A stretch of 64,000 nt of DNA from an uncultured Negativicutes bacterium (GTDB lineage: Bacteria > Bacillota > Negativicutes > Acidaminococcales > Acidaminococcaceae): assembly GCA_947074185.1 (NCBI GenBank), contig CAMTOO010000001.1:12615-76614 (forward strand). Direction: 5' to 3'. A model generated the notes under the pieces. That model saw only the letters and a list, made by a program, of their open reading frames with translations, ran no database searches and was not told the DNA's origin. Within the stretch, counting starts at the first letter, position 1; each line of letters opens with the position of its first letter. Shown piece after piece: positions 7,722-18,515 of this stretch. Position numbers and translations under genes: made by a program.

Positions 7722-8166
7722 GTCTGAAAATCAAAGGCTGTTTTCTAATGGTGCATATAGAATTCCCAAACCAACTCAACTGTTTAAAATAGAAGAAGCT
7801 CTCGGCTTGAATTCAGGTAGCCTATCTAATCCTCCTTTACGAAATATATCTATCACAACAGCAGGCGAAGTAATGTCTCTACTTTTTATGCTTGAAGACC
7901 AAGGTTGCTTGATGTTCCAGTGTGAACAGGATACAGAAGGCAAAGCAATTCCTTGCACAACAAGTGCTAAATTCTATAGACAATCAGTAAATTGCGTTCT
8001 GGACGAGTGGATACAGTACAAACTTGGACAGACCGCAAGGGCAGCTTTACTTGATAACTACAGTGACGAAGAACAAGAACGAATGCAAGTTTCAGAACTG
8101 AGCTTAGAAGAGGCAGAAAAGCAGCGGCTAATGAGTAGCCAAGTACCCATAAAAAAGGAACAATGA
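7722..8166 (+). pseudogene. 5'-truncated/degenerate XRE-family regulator remnant
   Basis: The open frame starts right after a TAG with ..NGAYRIPKPTQLFKIEEALGL.., the C-terminal part of an HTH_3 motif. The first HTH helices and a start/RBS are missing, and only fragments in another frame are seen upstream. Confidence 0.4.
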
Positions 8167-8197
8167 TAATATTGCACTCATTTTGTACTCAACAGCA

Positions 8198-8240
8198 TAA
8201 AAAAGAGCCGCAAACCCTTGTAAATTCAGGGTTTACGGCT
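8198..8240 (-). terminator. guaA rho-independent terminator (bidirectional shape)
   Basis: On the minus strand: AGCCGTAAACCCT-loop-AGGGTTTGCGGCT followed by CTTTTTT. Confidence 0.8.
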
Positions 8241-8248
8241 TTGTTTTG

Positions 8249-8262
8249 TTTATTCCCACTCA
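8249..8262. repeat. att-like 14-bp direct repeat, guaA-proximal copy
   Basis: TTTATTCCCACTCA is the reverse complement of ..GAG TGG GAA TAA (E-W-E-stop of guaA) plus one nt. It is identical to 1573..1586. Confidence 0.6.
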
Positions 8263-9788
8263 ATAGTTGCTGGTGGTTTTGATGTTATGTCGTATACAAT
8301 ACGGTTTACGCCTTGTACTTCGTTTACGATGCGGCGACTAATTTGATCAAGTACTCCGTATGGAATATGAGCCCAATCAGAAGTCATTCCGTCGCTACTT
8401 GTTACCGCACGTAATGCGATTGTGTGGCAATATGTACGTCCGTCACCCATTACTCCTACAGAGCTAATGTTTGGTAGGCATGCAAAGTATTGCCAGATTT
8501 TACGTTCAAGTCCTGCATTTGCAATTTCTTCTCTAAATATTGCATCTGCTTCTCTTGTAATTTCTAATTTTTCTGGTGTTACTTCACCAAGTACACGAAT
8601 TGCAAGTCCTGGGCCTGGGAATGGTTGGCGCCATACTAAATCAGATGGGATGCCAAGTTCTTCGCCTACTGCACGTACTTCATCTTTAAATAATTCTCTT
8701 AGTGGTTCGATTAAAGATAAGTCCATATCTTCAGGAAGTCCGCCTACGTTGTGATGGCTTTTGATAACAGCACTTGTGCTTGTTCCGCTTTCTACAACGT
8801 CTGGGTAAATTGTTCCTTGTACAAGATAATCTACATGTCCAATTTTATTAGATTCTTCTTCAAATACTCTAATAAATTCTTCGCCGATAATTTTACGTTT
8901 TCTTTCAGGGTCTGATACACCTGCAAGTTTACCAAGGAATCTATCTGCTGCATTAACACGAATAAGATTCATGTCAAATTTTTCTCTAAAAATTGCTTCT
9001 ACTTGATCACCTTCGTCTTTACGTAATAAACCGTGATCTACGAATACGCAAGTTAGTTGTTTGCCTATAGCTTGGTGTACCATTACCGCTGCTACAGAAG
9101 AGTCTACGCCGCCACTAAGTGCGCATAAAACTTTTTTATCGCCAACTTGTTCTTTGATTTCTTCGATTTTGCTTTGGGCAAAGGATTTCATTGTCCAATC
9201 CCCTTTTAAACCACAAATTGCGAAAAGGAAGTTGTGAAGCATCTTTTTACCAAAAGGAGTATGTTCTACTTCTGGATGGAATTGTACGCCATAAAGTTTA
9301 CGGTCGTCATTAATCATTGCTGCCACTGGACATTCGGAAGTTGCAGATACAACTTTAAATCCTTCTGGTACAGTTGCTACGAAATCAGTGTGGCTCATCC
9401 AGCAAATATTATTTTCTTCTAAGCCTCTGAATAATTCGCAATCTTGTAAAACAATGGAAGTTTTGCCATATTCACGTACATCTGCGCTTTGCACTTTACC
9501 ACCTAGGGTTTGTGCCATAAATTGATGTCCGTAGCAAATACCAAGCACTGGTACTCCAAGTTCAAATACTCCTGCATCTACTTTTGGAGTGTCGTCACCG
9601 TATACGCTTGCTGGTCCACCTGTGAAAATAATCGCAGCTGGATTTTTTTCTTTTATTTGCTCTAAAGTGTAGTTATAAGGAACTATTTCGCAATAAACCC
9701 CATGTTCTCTTACACGTCTAGCAATAAGCTGATTATATTGTCCACCAAAGTCAATGACTAGCACCAATTCATGTGCTTCTTTTTCCAT
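8250..9788 (-). CDS. guaA: GMP synthase (glutamine-hydrolysing)
   Basis: 512 aa with a GATase domain (GICYGHQ, HPE), ATP-PPase SGGVDSS and the C-terminal ..PPATIEWE. Confidence 0.97.
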   Translation of the reverse strand: MEKEAHELVLVIDFGGQYNQLIARRVREHGVYCEIVPYNYTLEQIKEKNPAAIIFTGGPASVYGDDTPKVDAGVFELGVPVLGICYGHQFMAQTLGGKVQSADVREYGKTSIVLQDCELFRGLEENNICWMSHTDFVATVPEGFKVVSATSECPVAAMINDDRKLYGVQFHPEVEHTPFGKKMLHNFLFAICGLKGDWTMKSFAQSKIEEIKEQVGDKKVLCALSGGVDSSVAAVMVHQAIGKQLTCVFVDHGLLRKDEGDQVEAIFREKFDMNLIRVNAADRFLGKLAGVSDPERKRKIIGEEFIRVFEEESNKIGHVDYLVQGTIYPDVVESGTSTSAVIKSHHNVGGLPEDMDLSLIEPLRELFKDEVRAVGEELGIPSDLVWRQPFPGPGLAIRVLGEVTPEKLEITREADAIFREEIANAGLERKIWQYFACLPNISSVGVMGDGRTYCHTIALRAVTSSDGMTSDWAHIPYGVLDQISRRIVNEVQGVNRIVYDITSKPPATIEWE

Positions 9789-9848
9789 CTTTTAGTCCTC
9801 CTATATTAAATAAAATTATTGTTTTTTTCTTAAAATGAATTATATTTC

Positions 9849-9877
9849 AATATACCATATTAGCCCTAAAAAATCAA
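9849..9877 (-). promoter_or_regulatory. guaA promoter candidate
   Basis: On the minus strand: TTGATT, a 17-nt spacer, then TATATT preceded by TG. Confidence 0.45.
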
Positions 9878-9889
9878 TGTAAAACAGTA

Positions 9890-9926
9890 CAAAAACAGGG
9901 GAATAATTCCTAAGAATTATTCCCCT
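9890..9926 (-). terminator. groEL terminator
   Basis: On the minus strand: AGGGGAATAATTC-TTAG-GAATTATTCCCCT followed by GTTTTTG. Confidence 0.8.
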
Positions 9927-9947
9927 GCGAAAAGTTTTTTCTAAGTA

Positions 9948-11591
<1,644 letters not shown>

Positions 11592-11617
11592 TTATATCTT
11601 AATCAGTTAGTGATTTA

Positions 11618-11911
11618 TTATTTTTTACCGACAATAGCTAAAATATCGCGTTCAGTAACGATTAAATATTCTTTGCCATCTAATTTAACTTCTGTACCAG
11701 CATATTTAGCAAAAACTACTTCGTCGCCTTTTTTTACTTCTGGAGCAACGCGTTTGCCAGCTTCGGTCATTTTACCGCTGCCTACTGCTACTACTTTACC
11801 AATTTGTGGTTTTTCTTTTGCTGCTGTATCTGGTAAAAAGATACCGCTTGAAGTTTTTTCTTCTTTTGTAACTATTTCAATTACAACGTGATCTGCTAAT
11901 GGTTTTAACAT
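11618..11911 (-). CDS. groS: Co-chaperonin GroES
   Basis: 97 aa, [12 protein letters not shown].., immediately upstream of groEL. Confidence 0.97.
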   Translation of the reverse strand: MLKPLADHVVIEIVTKEEKTSSGIFLPDTAAKEKPQIGKVVAVGSGKMTEAGKRVAPEVKKGDEVVFAKYAGTEVKLDGKEYLIVTERDILAIVGKK

Positions 11912-11981
11912 TGTGAATCCCCTTTCAAATATATAAATTATTATAAATTTTTATAAATTTTAGGCTTTACAGCCGATAATA

Positions 11982-12010
11982 ATTATACCAAAAATTTCCT
12001 GCTGATCCAA
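11982..12010 (-). promoter_or_regulatory. groESL promoter candidate
   Basis: On the minus strand: TTGGAT, a 17-nt spacer, then TATAAT with an upstream TG. I found no CIRCE inverted repeat in the leader. Confidence 0.5.
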
Positions 12011-12021
12011 TATCTACCAAC

Positions 12022-12053
12022 CAAAAAGCTTTACTACAAAGTAGTAAAGCCTT
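12022..12053 (-). terminator. Terminator after the ANTAR regulator gene
   Basis: On the minus strand: AAGGCTTTACTAC-TTTG-TAGTAAAGCTTT followed by a T-rich tail. Confidence 0.65.
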
Positions 12054-12058
12054 GTTAG

Positions 12059-12637
12059 TTATTTTTTATCAACTGCAGCAATAATTGCTTCTGCTACTTC
12101 TTTAATACTTAATCTGCGGTTCATACTATATTGTTGCATTCTGCGATATGCTTCTTGCTCGTTCATTCCATGAGCAGTCATCAAAACGCCTTTTGCTCTA
12201 TCTAAAAGTTTTCTAGTTTCTAAACTTTCTTTTAAATTGCCTATTTCATCTTCTAGCATTTTAGCTTCGCCAAATTTTGACATTGCAATTTCAATTGCTG
12301 GGAATATTTGTTCTTCACGAACTGGTTTTACAATATAACCAAATACGCCTGATTCTGCTGCTTTTGCTACAATATCTTCTTGGCTATAAGCTGTCAAAAG
12401 TACTACTGGAGCAATTTGCTCTTCGTTAATAAGTTTAGCTGCTGCAAGACCATCCATAACAGGCATCTTTACGTCCATAAGGATTAAGTCTGGTTTTAAT
12501 TCTCTAGCTTTTAAGAGTGCTACTTCTCCATTTTCAGCTTCACCTACAACATTATGTCCTGCATCTGTAAGTAGTTCCTTTAAATCAAGACGGATAATTG
12601 CTTCGTCATCTACTATTAAAATATTTAGTGCTTTCAT
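12059..12637 (-). CDS. Response regulator with REC + ANTAR RNA-binding domain (PdtaR-like)
   Basis: The REC domain shows DDE..D..MP..DG. The C-terminal part LETRKLLDRAKGVLM..EQEAYRRMQQYSMNRRLSIKEVAEAI is an ANTAR domain. Confidence 0.88.
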   Translation of the reverse strand: MKALNILIVDDEAIIRLDLKELLTDAGHNVVGEAENGEVALLKARELKPDLILMDVKMPVMDGLAAAKLINEEQIAPVVLLTAYSQEDIVAKAAESGVFGYIVKPVREEQIFPAIEIAMSKFGEAKMLEDEIGNLKESLETRKLLDRAKGVLMTAHGMNEQEAYRRMQQYSMNRRLSIKEVAEAIIAAVDKK

Positions 12638-12639
12638 TA

Positions 12640-14022
12640 TTATTCCTCCACTCCTTTAGGTATAGTTACAATCGCTCTTGTTCCACCTTTCGGATTAGGG
12701 AGCAATTCGAAAACGCCTTTCAAATCAGATTCTACCATAGTTTGAATAATTTTTAGACCCAAACTTTTTGTTTTACTAAGATCAAAACCTTTTGGAAGCC
12801 CTGTGCCATCATCTGTTATTTCTAACAAATAACAATCTTCTTTTATTGAGAAATTAACTGATATTTCTCCAACTTCTCTATCATCAAAAGCATGATCTAA
12901 AGAATTTTGCAAAAGTTCATTTAGTACTAAAGCAATACTTGTTGCTTTTTCAGAAGATAAGGCTACGTTATCTGCATTAAAACTAGTTTTTAATTTTAAA
13001 TTAGGAGTAACCATACTGCCCATAATCGCTTCGTAAATACCACTTGCAACTACTGCAATATCTATTGTACCACTATCTTCTTGAGATAAAAACTCATGCA
13101 CTACTGCAATACTATTTACTCTATTAATACAATCTCGAAGCACTACTTGAGTTTCTTCTGATACTGCTCTTCGTTCTTGTAAACGGAGTAAGCTAGCAAT
13201 AGTCTGCAAATTATTCTTTACTCTATGATGAATTTCTTTAATAACAACAGACTTAATTAAAAGTTCTTCATCTTTCTTTTTAAGTTCTGTTATATCTTCA
13301 AAGATTACTATTACTGCTGGCGTTTTCTTAAACGGTATAACTGGTATAACCCGAACATTTAAAAGTATACCTTGAATATTTAAGTCTTTTTCTTCTGCTA
13401 CACCAGACTGCAAAACGCTATTTACAACAGGCCAGTTAATATCTAAACTATTTGTTCTTTTACCTACCAAGGTACTTATCCCTAGTATTTGGAATATATG
13501 CTGAGCCGTTTTATTTGCCTCTGTAATGGTTTTTTCATCATTTACAACCATCAAGCCATCTATAGGTGCTAAGCGACGATAGCAGTTATTTCCTACAACC
13601 TCACGCTTATAGTTACGCAACAAATTCATAGCTGTATCAAAAAACTTCATTTTTTCTGATTTAGTAGTAAATACAGCTACTGCAAAACACTTATCTTTCA
13701 TGTCTCTTAGTGGATAAATTTTTGTATTTGCAAACTCACCCAAAGCGTATTCTCTTTTTCCTTCTACAACAATATTACGTTGCAAAGCTCTTGCAATAAG
13801 AGGCTCTTCAGATAAATCAATTGTTCGAAGCGCTTTTTGTGAATGGTGATGAACAAAATTTGTTAGTGGTTCTGCCTCGCAAAATACTTCAGCAGCATTA
13901 ACACCCTCAGCAGGGCGCAAATATATAGTTACATGTGCATTTGCAATATCTGCAACTAAAGGCATTCCTGCGCTTATAGAAAGCAAAATATTCTTTTGTT
14001 CTGCTGAAAAATTAGTAAGCAT
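12640..14022 (-). CDS. Sensor histidine kinase, HisKA_2 type (PdtaS-like)
   Basis: H-box EIHHRVKNNLQTIASLL and the HATPase motifs NELLQNSLDHAF and GLGLKIIQ. It lies 2 bp upstream of the ANTAR regulator gene. Confidence 0.85.
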   Translation of the reverse strand: MLTNFSAEQKNILLSISAGMPLVADIANAHVTIYLRPAEGVNAAEVFCEAEPLTNFVHHHSQKALRTIDLSEEPLIARALQRNIVVEGKREYALGEFANTKIYPLRDMKDKCFAVAVFTTKSEKMKFFDTAMNLLRNYKREVVGNNCYRRLAPIDGLMVVNDEKTITEANKTAQHIFQILGISTLVGKRTNSLDINWPVVNSVLQSGVAEEKDLNIQGILLNVRVIPVIPFKKTPAVIVIFEDITELKKKDEELLIKSVVIKEIHHRVKNNLQTIASLLRLQERRAVSEETQVVLRDCINRVNSIAVVHEFLSQEDSGTIDIAVVASGIYEAIMGSMVTPNLKLKTSFNADNVALSSEKATSIALVLNELLQNSLDHAFDDREVGEISVNFSIKEDCYLLEITDDGTGLPKGFDLSKTKSLGLKIIQTMVESDLKGVFELLPNPKGGTRAIVTIPKGVEE

Positions 14023-14071
14023 TATATCCCCTCAAATCTTTAAAGTCAGTATTTATCAATGAAAGACACTG

Positions 14072-14184
14072 TTATCAACATAGTTTTTTATTTATCCACG
14101 AAGTTATCCACTTTATACACAAGTTTATCCACAGAAAAATTGGTTATTTTAATGTTTTTTCTAATTTTTTCCACGTTATCCACA
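14072..14184 (+). promoter_or_regulatory. DnaA-box cluster (non-oriC)
   Basis: All boxes are in the same orientation. TTATCCACA is perfect at 14125..14133 and 14176..14184. There are 8/9 matches at 14072 (TTATCAACA), 14092 (TTATCCACG), 14104 (TTATCCACT) and 14113 (TTATACACA), and a 7/9 match at 14167. Confidence 0.8.
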
Positions 14185-14198
14185 ATTTTCACTAGTAT

Positions 14199-15212
14199 TT
14201 ATTCTAATTTCAAACCAGGATTTGCGTTCAATTCCAGTGGACTTTTTACCCCTGCTTGGTGCAAATAATATCCTCTGCAAGCTATCATTACTGCGTTGTC
14301 TGTACATAAGATAGGCGTTGGATGAACTAGCCTAGCCCCTACTTTTTCTGCGGCTTTTGCAAGTTCGTTTTGCAAGGTATTATTTGCTGATACACCACCA
14401 GCTAAAACTACTTCTTTAAGTCCTGTAGCTTTTAAGGCCAGCACTGTTTTCTGCACTAGTACATCTACTATAGCTTTTTGGAAAGATGCTGCTACATCTG
14501 CCTTATTAACATCTCTCTTGCCTTGTTCTTCTTTGTGCAAATAGTTAATAACAGCAGATTTCATGCCACTAAAACTAAATTGAAATTTTTCATCTAACAT
14601 TGCACGCGGAAAATCTATAGCTTCTGGATTTCCTGCTTTAGCTAATTTTTCAATTTCTGGTCCACCTGGATATGGAAGTCCCATTACCCGGGCAATTTTA
14701 TCAAAAGCTTCGCCTGCTGCATCATCTCTTGTTTGTCCTAATAATTCAAAACTATTATAACTTAGTACTTTCATAAGTGCAGTATGCCCACCTGAAACTA
14801 CTAATGCTAAAAATGGCGGTTCTAAAGTTTGATCATTTAAAAAATTAGCAAATACATGACCTTCTAAATGATTGACACCTATTAGCGGTATTTTATTTGC
14901 CCAAGCTAATGCTTTAGCTGCAGATAGTCCTACTAATAACGCTCCTACTAGCCCTGGCCCATAAGTTACTGCTATTGCATCTATTTGCGCTAAAGTAACA
15001 TTTGCCTTATTTAGAGCTTCGTCTATAACAGGCATAATATTTTCTATATGTTTACGAGAAGCGATTTCTGGTACCACTCCTCCAAATTTTTGATGGGTAT
15101 CTATTTGAGAAGAAATAACATTAGATAAAACTTCGCGACCGTTACGTACTACTGCTGCCGCTGTTTCATCGCAACTGCTTTCTATCCCCAAGATATAAAT
15201 ATCTTTTCCCAT
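14199..15212 (-). CDS. tsaD: tRNA N6-adenosine threonylcarbamoyltransferase TsaD
   Basis: 337 aa with [15 protein letters not shown] and GGVSAN. Confidence 0.96.
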   Translation of the reverse strand: MGKDIYILGIESSCDETAAAVVRNGREVLSNVISSQIDTHQKFGGVVPEIASRKHIENIMPVIDEALNKANVTLAQIDAIAVTYGPGLVGALLVGLSAAKALAWANKIPLIGVNHLEGHVFANFLNDQTLEPPFLALVVSGGHTALMKVLSYNSFELLGQTRDDAAGEAFDKIARVMGLPYPGGPEIEKLAKAGNPEAIDFPRAMLDEKFQFSFSGMKSAVINYLHKEEQGKRDVNKADVAASFQKAIVDVLVQKTVLALKATGLKEVVLAGGVSANNTLQNELAKAAEKVGARLVHPTPILCTDNAVMIACRGYYLHQAGVKSPLELNANPGLKLE

Positions 15213-15232
15213 AATAACTCCTCTATCTAAAT

Positions 15233-15691
15233 CTAATTTTTATAAATCCACATAATAACTGCATTTTCGTGGTTATCTTCATAATAATTTGGTCTTACAC
15301 CTTCTGAAACAAAACCATTTGCTTGATATATCTTTTGCGCCGAAATATTACTTTCTCGTACTTCTAAAGTCATAGCTGTAGCACCTTGTTCCCAAGCTGA
15401 TTCTAACATCGCTTTAGTAAGTACTTTCCCTAGTCCTCTATTGCGTTCTGTTTTTGCAATAGCAACTCTAGTAACTTGCGCTTCCCCTACAACAAGCCAA
15501 AACCCTGCATAGCCTAACATTATTCCATTTTCTTCTAGAACTAAATATGTGCTTAAGGAATTATTTATTTCATCTACCCACATATTATCGCTCCAAGGAT
15601 CATGAAAAGCGTCTTCGTCTATGAGTCGTGCAGCTTTAATATCTGCTGCGGTCATTGTTCTGATTGTAGTGCTTGTTGTTTCTTTTCCCAT
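15233..15691 (-). CDS. rimI: Ribosomal-protein-alanine N-acetyltransferase
   Basis: GNAT fold (RNRGLGKVL). It lies in the tsaB-rimI-tsaD context. The N-terminal extension parallels B. subtilis RimI, and a GAGG lies 10 nt upstream of the ATG. Confidence 0.85.
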   Translation of the reverse strand: MGKETTSTTIRTMTAADIKAARLIDEDAFHDPWSDNMWVDEINNSLSTYLVLEENGIMLGYAGFWLVVGEAQVTRVAIAKTERNRGLGKVLTKAMLESAWEQGATAMTLEVRESNISAQKIYQANGFVSEGVRPNYYEDNHENAVIMWIYKN

Positions 15692-16353
15692 AATTCTTCT
15701 GCCTCAGATTTTCTTATGTAATATGGTGTTATACCAAAAACTTCTTTCCCAGAAACAGTACTTCCTGCATTTGCTGCTTGTGCTACAGAAGTTGCTTTAG
15801 GCATTCTTACATCTTCACTAGCAAGGCTAATTTCTGCCTTTAAGGAATCTACTAGTTTATCGCATTCGCCAAGTAAGATAGTTTTCATGCCATAACTTGC
15901 AATCTTAGTAAAAAGTTCTTCTTTAGAAACTACTTCTACTGCTTGCTTTTCTATTAATTTTCCTTGCTGCCAAGTGTAAAGTGCTAAATAATAATTTCCT
16001 TTTTGCGCATCTAAAACTGGAGCTAGTAAAATATTTTCTTCTTGAATATTATAGGCTAATGCTTTTAAAGTATTAACTCCGCATAATTCACACTTCCAGC
16101 TATATGCCATAGCTTCGGCTGTTGCAAGTCCTATTCGAAGTCCTGTAAAAGAACCAGGGCCTATACTTACAGCTATTTTACTGATTTGGTCAAAGTCTGT
16201 TTTGCTTTCAGTAAACAATTGATCTATTTGCACCATTAGTGCTTCTGAATGTGTTAGTCCTATATTAGCTTCATAAGATGCAATTACTTCGTCACCTTTA
16301 ACTAAAGCTACTGTACAAACTTTGGTTGATGTATCTATCGCTAAAGTTACCAT
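15652..16353 (-). CDS. tsaB: tRNA threonylcarbamoyladenosine biosynthesis protein TsaB
   Basis: LAIDTST.. N-terminus and GPGSFTGLRIG. Confidence 0.92.
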   Translation of the reverse strand: MVTLAIDTSTKVCTVALVKGDEVIASYEANIGLTHSEALMVQIDQLFTESKTDFDQISKIAVSIGPGSFTGLRIGLATAEAMAYSWKCELCGVNTLKALAYNIQEENILLAPVLDAQKGNYYLALYTWQQGKLIEKQAVEVVSKEELFTKIASYGMKTILLGECDKLVDSLKAEISLASEDVRMPKATSVAQAANAGSTVSGKEVFGITPYYIRKSEAEELWEKKQQALQSEQ

Positions 16354-16808
16354 TTAGCTTCCACCTGCCTTACTAGTTCTTCGTTGCGTTCTCCTACAGC
16401 AGAAATTTTTATAAGTCTGCCTTCAGGAATAATACTTAAAGTTATTTGCAAATGTTCAGGAGGAAGTTCTGAAGTGAATAGCTCTGCCCACTCTATAAGA
16501 GTTATTCCATCTCCACCTGCATATTCATAAAATCCAATATCTTCTAATTCACTTGGGCTATTTAAGCGATAAAGGTCAAAATGCCTAACTTCATTATTAG
16601 TACCATTGTAAATATTCATAATAGAAAAAGTAGGGCTGCTAACCTCTGCATCAGCTACTCCTTGCGCAATGGCAATACCGCGACTTAGAGCAGTCTTACC
16701 TGCACCTAAATCACCACTTAAGCAAACTACGTCATTTGATTGTAGCAATTCCCCTAGAACATTACCAAGTCGCTCGGTTTCAGCGACGGTTTTACATACT
16801 ATTTCCAT
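16347..16808 (-). CDS. tsaE: tRNA t6A ATPase TsaE
   Basis: GDLGAGKT Walker A, SPTF, and DLYRL. Confidence 0.92.
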   Translation of the reverse strand: MEIVCKTVAETERLGNVLGELLQSNDVVCLSGDLGAGKTALSRGIAIAQGVADAEVSSPTFSIMNIYNGTNNEVRHFDLYRLNSPSELEDIGFYEYAGGDGITLIEWAELFTSELPPEHLQITLSIIPEGRLIKISAVGERNEELVRQVEAKW

Positions 16809-16875
16809 ACATATTCCTCTCTGTACTAATATTGCGAAAAAAGCAGTACCGACTTATGTCGATACTGCTGGATGA

Positions 16876-17418
16876 TTATTTCAATAAGGTTTTATTACGA
16901 GTTAATGGATCAATAAGATCCATGTGTCCGTTAAGTGTAGTAACTTTTTTCCCTTCAACAAGTATTTGCACTCGTTTAACTTCTGGGAATTCAGTAAGCG
17001 TCATAACGATAGAGTTCACCATCATAAACTCTTCATAAGAACCTTCTCTTTTTTTAGCAAATGCTTTATTGAAGTCTGCAGTAGCAAGACTGTTTTCAAC
17101 TTTTACACCAAGCAAAGCAGTCCCTGGTGGAAAAAGATTTTGCAAAGTCTTTTCTGTAGGCTCAGTATTTATCAAAGCGCTTAATGCAACTTCATACTTA
17201 GTTTTATCACCTAATGTGTGCTTCACCTTTTCAGGAACTAAAATTTCTGTACCGTTTTTTGGAATACGATACACAACAAAGTCCTCTGTTTGAATTTTCA
17301 CTGGCTGGTCAATCTTTGCGCCAGTAGTAGGACCTGCACCGTTTTCAGTTGTATTAATGCATCCGGTTATAACTAGTGCAACCAAAATTGCTACTACAAC
17401 CGTTAATTTCTTTAACAT
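16876..17418 (-). CDS. GerMN-domain lipoprotein
   Basis: Lipobox ITGC, and a GerMN-like C-terminal part (..SIVMTLTEFPEVKRVQILVEGK..). Confidence 0.7.
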   Translation of the reverse strand: MLKKLTVVVAILVALVITGCINTTENGAGPTTGAKIDQPVKIQTEDFVVYRIPKNGTEILVPEKVKHTLGDKTKYEVALSALINTEPTEKTLQNLFPPGTALLGVKVENSLATADFNKAFAKKREGSYEEFMMVNSIVMTLTEFPEVKRVQILVEGKKVTTLNGHMDLIDPLTRNKTLLK

Positions 17419-17432
17419 TTTACACGTCCTTA

Positions 17433-18515
17433 TTATTTAAAGTATTGCTCAATTCCTTCAGCTATGCTTTTTGCAAGTTTATCTTGGAACCAACCACTTT
17501 GTAAAAGTTTTTCTTCTTTTTTGTTTGTAATAAAGCCTAGTTCAAGTAATACTGCTGGCATGCCAGATCTTTTCACAACATAGAAGTTTGCTTGTCTAAT
17601 TCCTAAATCCGTTAAACCAAAGTTTTTAACCATGTTGTTTTGGATAGATCTTGCAAGTTTAGCATCATAATTATTTTTATGGAAATAATAAGTGCTTAAA
17701 CCACCAACATTTTTATTTGTACTACCGTTAATATGCACACTAACAAATATATCTGCCTTATTAGCAGTACCAACATCAACACGTGCTTGTAACTCTTGAG
17801 CATCTGTTGCTCTAGCACCTGCTGTATGTACATCTTTATCAGTAGTTCTTGTCATAGATACTTTTGCACCACGATTTTCAAGTTCTTTACGCAATTTCAT
17901 AGAAATAGCTAAAGTTGCTTGTTTTTCTCTATAACCACTTTGACCTACAGCACCTGGATCACTACCACCATGCCCTGGATCAAGAGTAATTAATTTCCCT
18001 TTTATCCCACCACTAGTTTTATAGTTAATTACTGGAACTGCTGGTGTTTTTGTAGTTCCTGTAGCTGGTTTTGTTGTAGGTACGCTACTAGTAGCTTTTT
18101 TATTTACTGTAACATCAACAACTACCCTATCTGGACGTCCTGTTGTTGGATCTTTTTTTAGAACAAATGATTTATAATCACTTTTTTTTATAACTTTATT
18201 GAGTGGAACAGTAACAACTGTCTTTTTATTAACTTCTGCTACACTCATTGTTTTGGCTATATCACTACGAATAGCAGCTTTTTTAGAAACCTTAGAATCT
18301 AAAGTTCCATTTACAGTAATTACTAAATCTTTATTTTTTAGTTCGACTGTATAGTCTGCTTTCTCGGATGTATCTATAACAAAACGCAATACATTGTAAG
18401 GATCAACGCCCCATGTTACTTTGTTTACCTTGGTCGCTGCTGAAGCAGTAGAACATATTAACAAAGTCAATAGGAGTACAAAAACGTAAGACCATCTCTT
18501 ATGCAACTGCCTCAC
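17433..18515 (-). CDS. N-acetylmuramoyl-L-alanine amidase (AMIN + Amidase_3)
   Basis: Has a signal peptide, an AMIN-like N-terminal domain, and DPGHGG..HINGS..E amidase_3 motifs. The start is ambiguous (GTG 18515 or TTG 18506). Confidence 0.85.
   Translation of the reverse strand: MRQLHKRWSYVFVLLLTLLICSTASAATKVNKVTWGVDPYNVLRFVIDTSEKADYTVELKNKDLVITVNGTLDSKVSKKAAIRSDIAKTMSVAEVNKKTVVTVPLNKVIKKSDYKSFVLKKDPTTGRPDRVVVDVTVNKKATSSVPTTKPATGTTKTPAVPVINYKTSGGIKGKLITLDPGHGGSDPGAVGQSGYREKQATLAISMKLRKELENRGAKVSMTRTTDKDVHTAGARATDAQELQARVDVGTANKADIFVSVHINGSTNKNVGGLSTYYFHKNNYDAKLARSIQNNMVKNFGLTDLGIRQANFYVVKRSGMPAVLLELGFITNKKEEKLLQSGWFQDKLAKSIAEGIEQYFK

Larger units (their letters stand above)
1573..8262. mobile_element. 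Putative integrated, integrase-less genomic island (defence cassette) at the 3' end of guaA
   Basis: The segment is bounded by 14-bp direct repeats, one of which is the guaA 3' end. It contains only SIR2-HerA, R-M-C, decayed gene fragments and a GC-richer repeat block. No recombinase gene lies inside. Confidence 0.5.

Noticed and set aside
9789-9890. Purine riboswitch upstream of guaA
   Set aside because: The leader after the predicted promoter is only ~50 nt long and A/T-rich. It has no three-way-junction helices and no conserved purine-aptamer loops.
14072-14184. The DnaA-box cluster as the chromosomal origin (oriC)
   Set aside because: No dnaA, dnaN or rpmH lies nearby, and the flanks are ordinary converging or tandem genes. 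All boxes share one orientation, and no clear 13-mer-type unwinding element is evident. This fits a secondary DnaA-binding cluster better. GC-skew analysis of the full genome would settle it.
14059-14268. 69-aa plus-strand ORF between the kinase gene and tsaD
   Set aside because: Its repetitive LST/YLST peptide is just the translation of the tandem TTATCCAC DnaA boxes. It also overlaps the tsaD 3' end and has no RBS.
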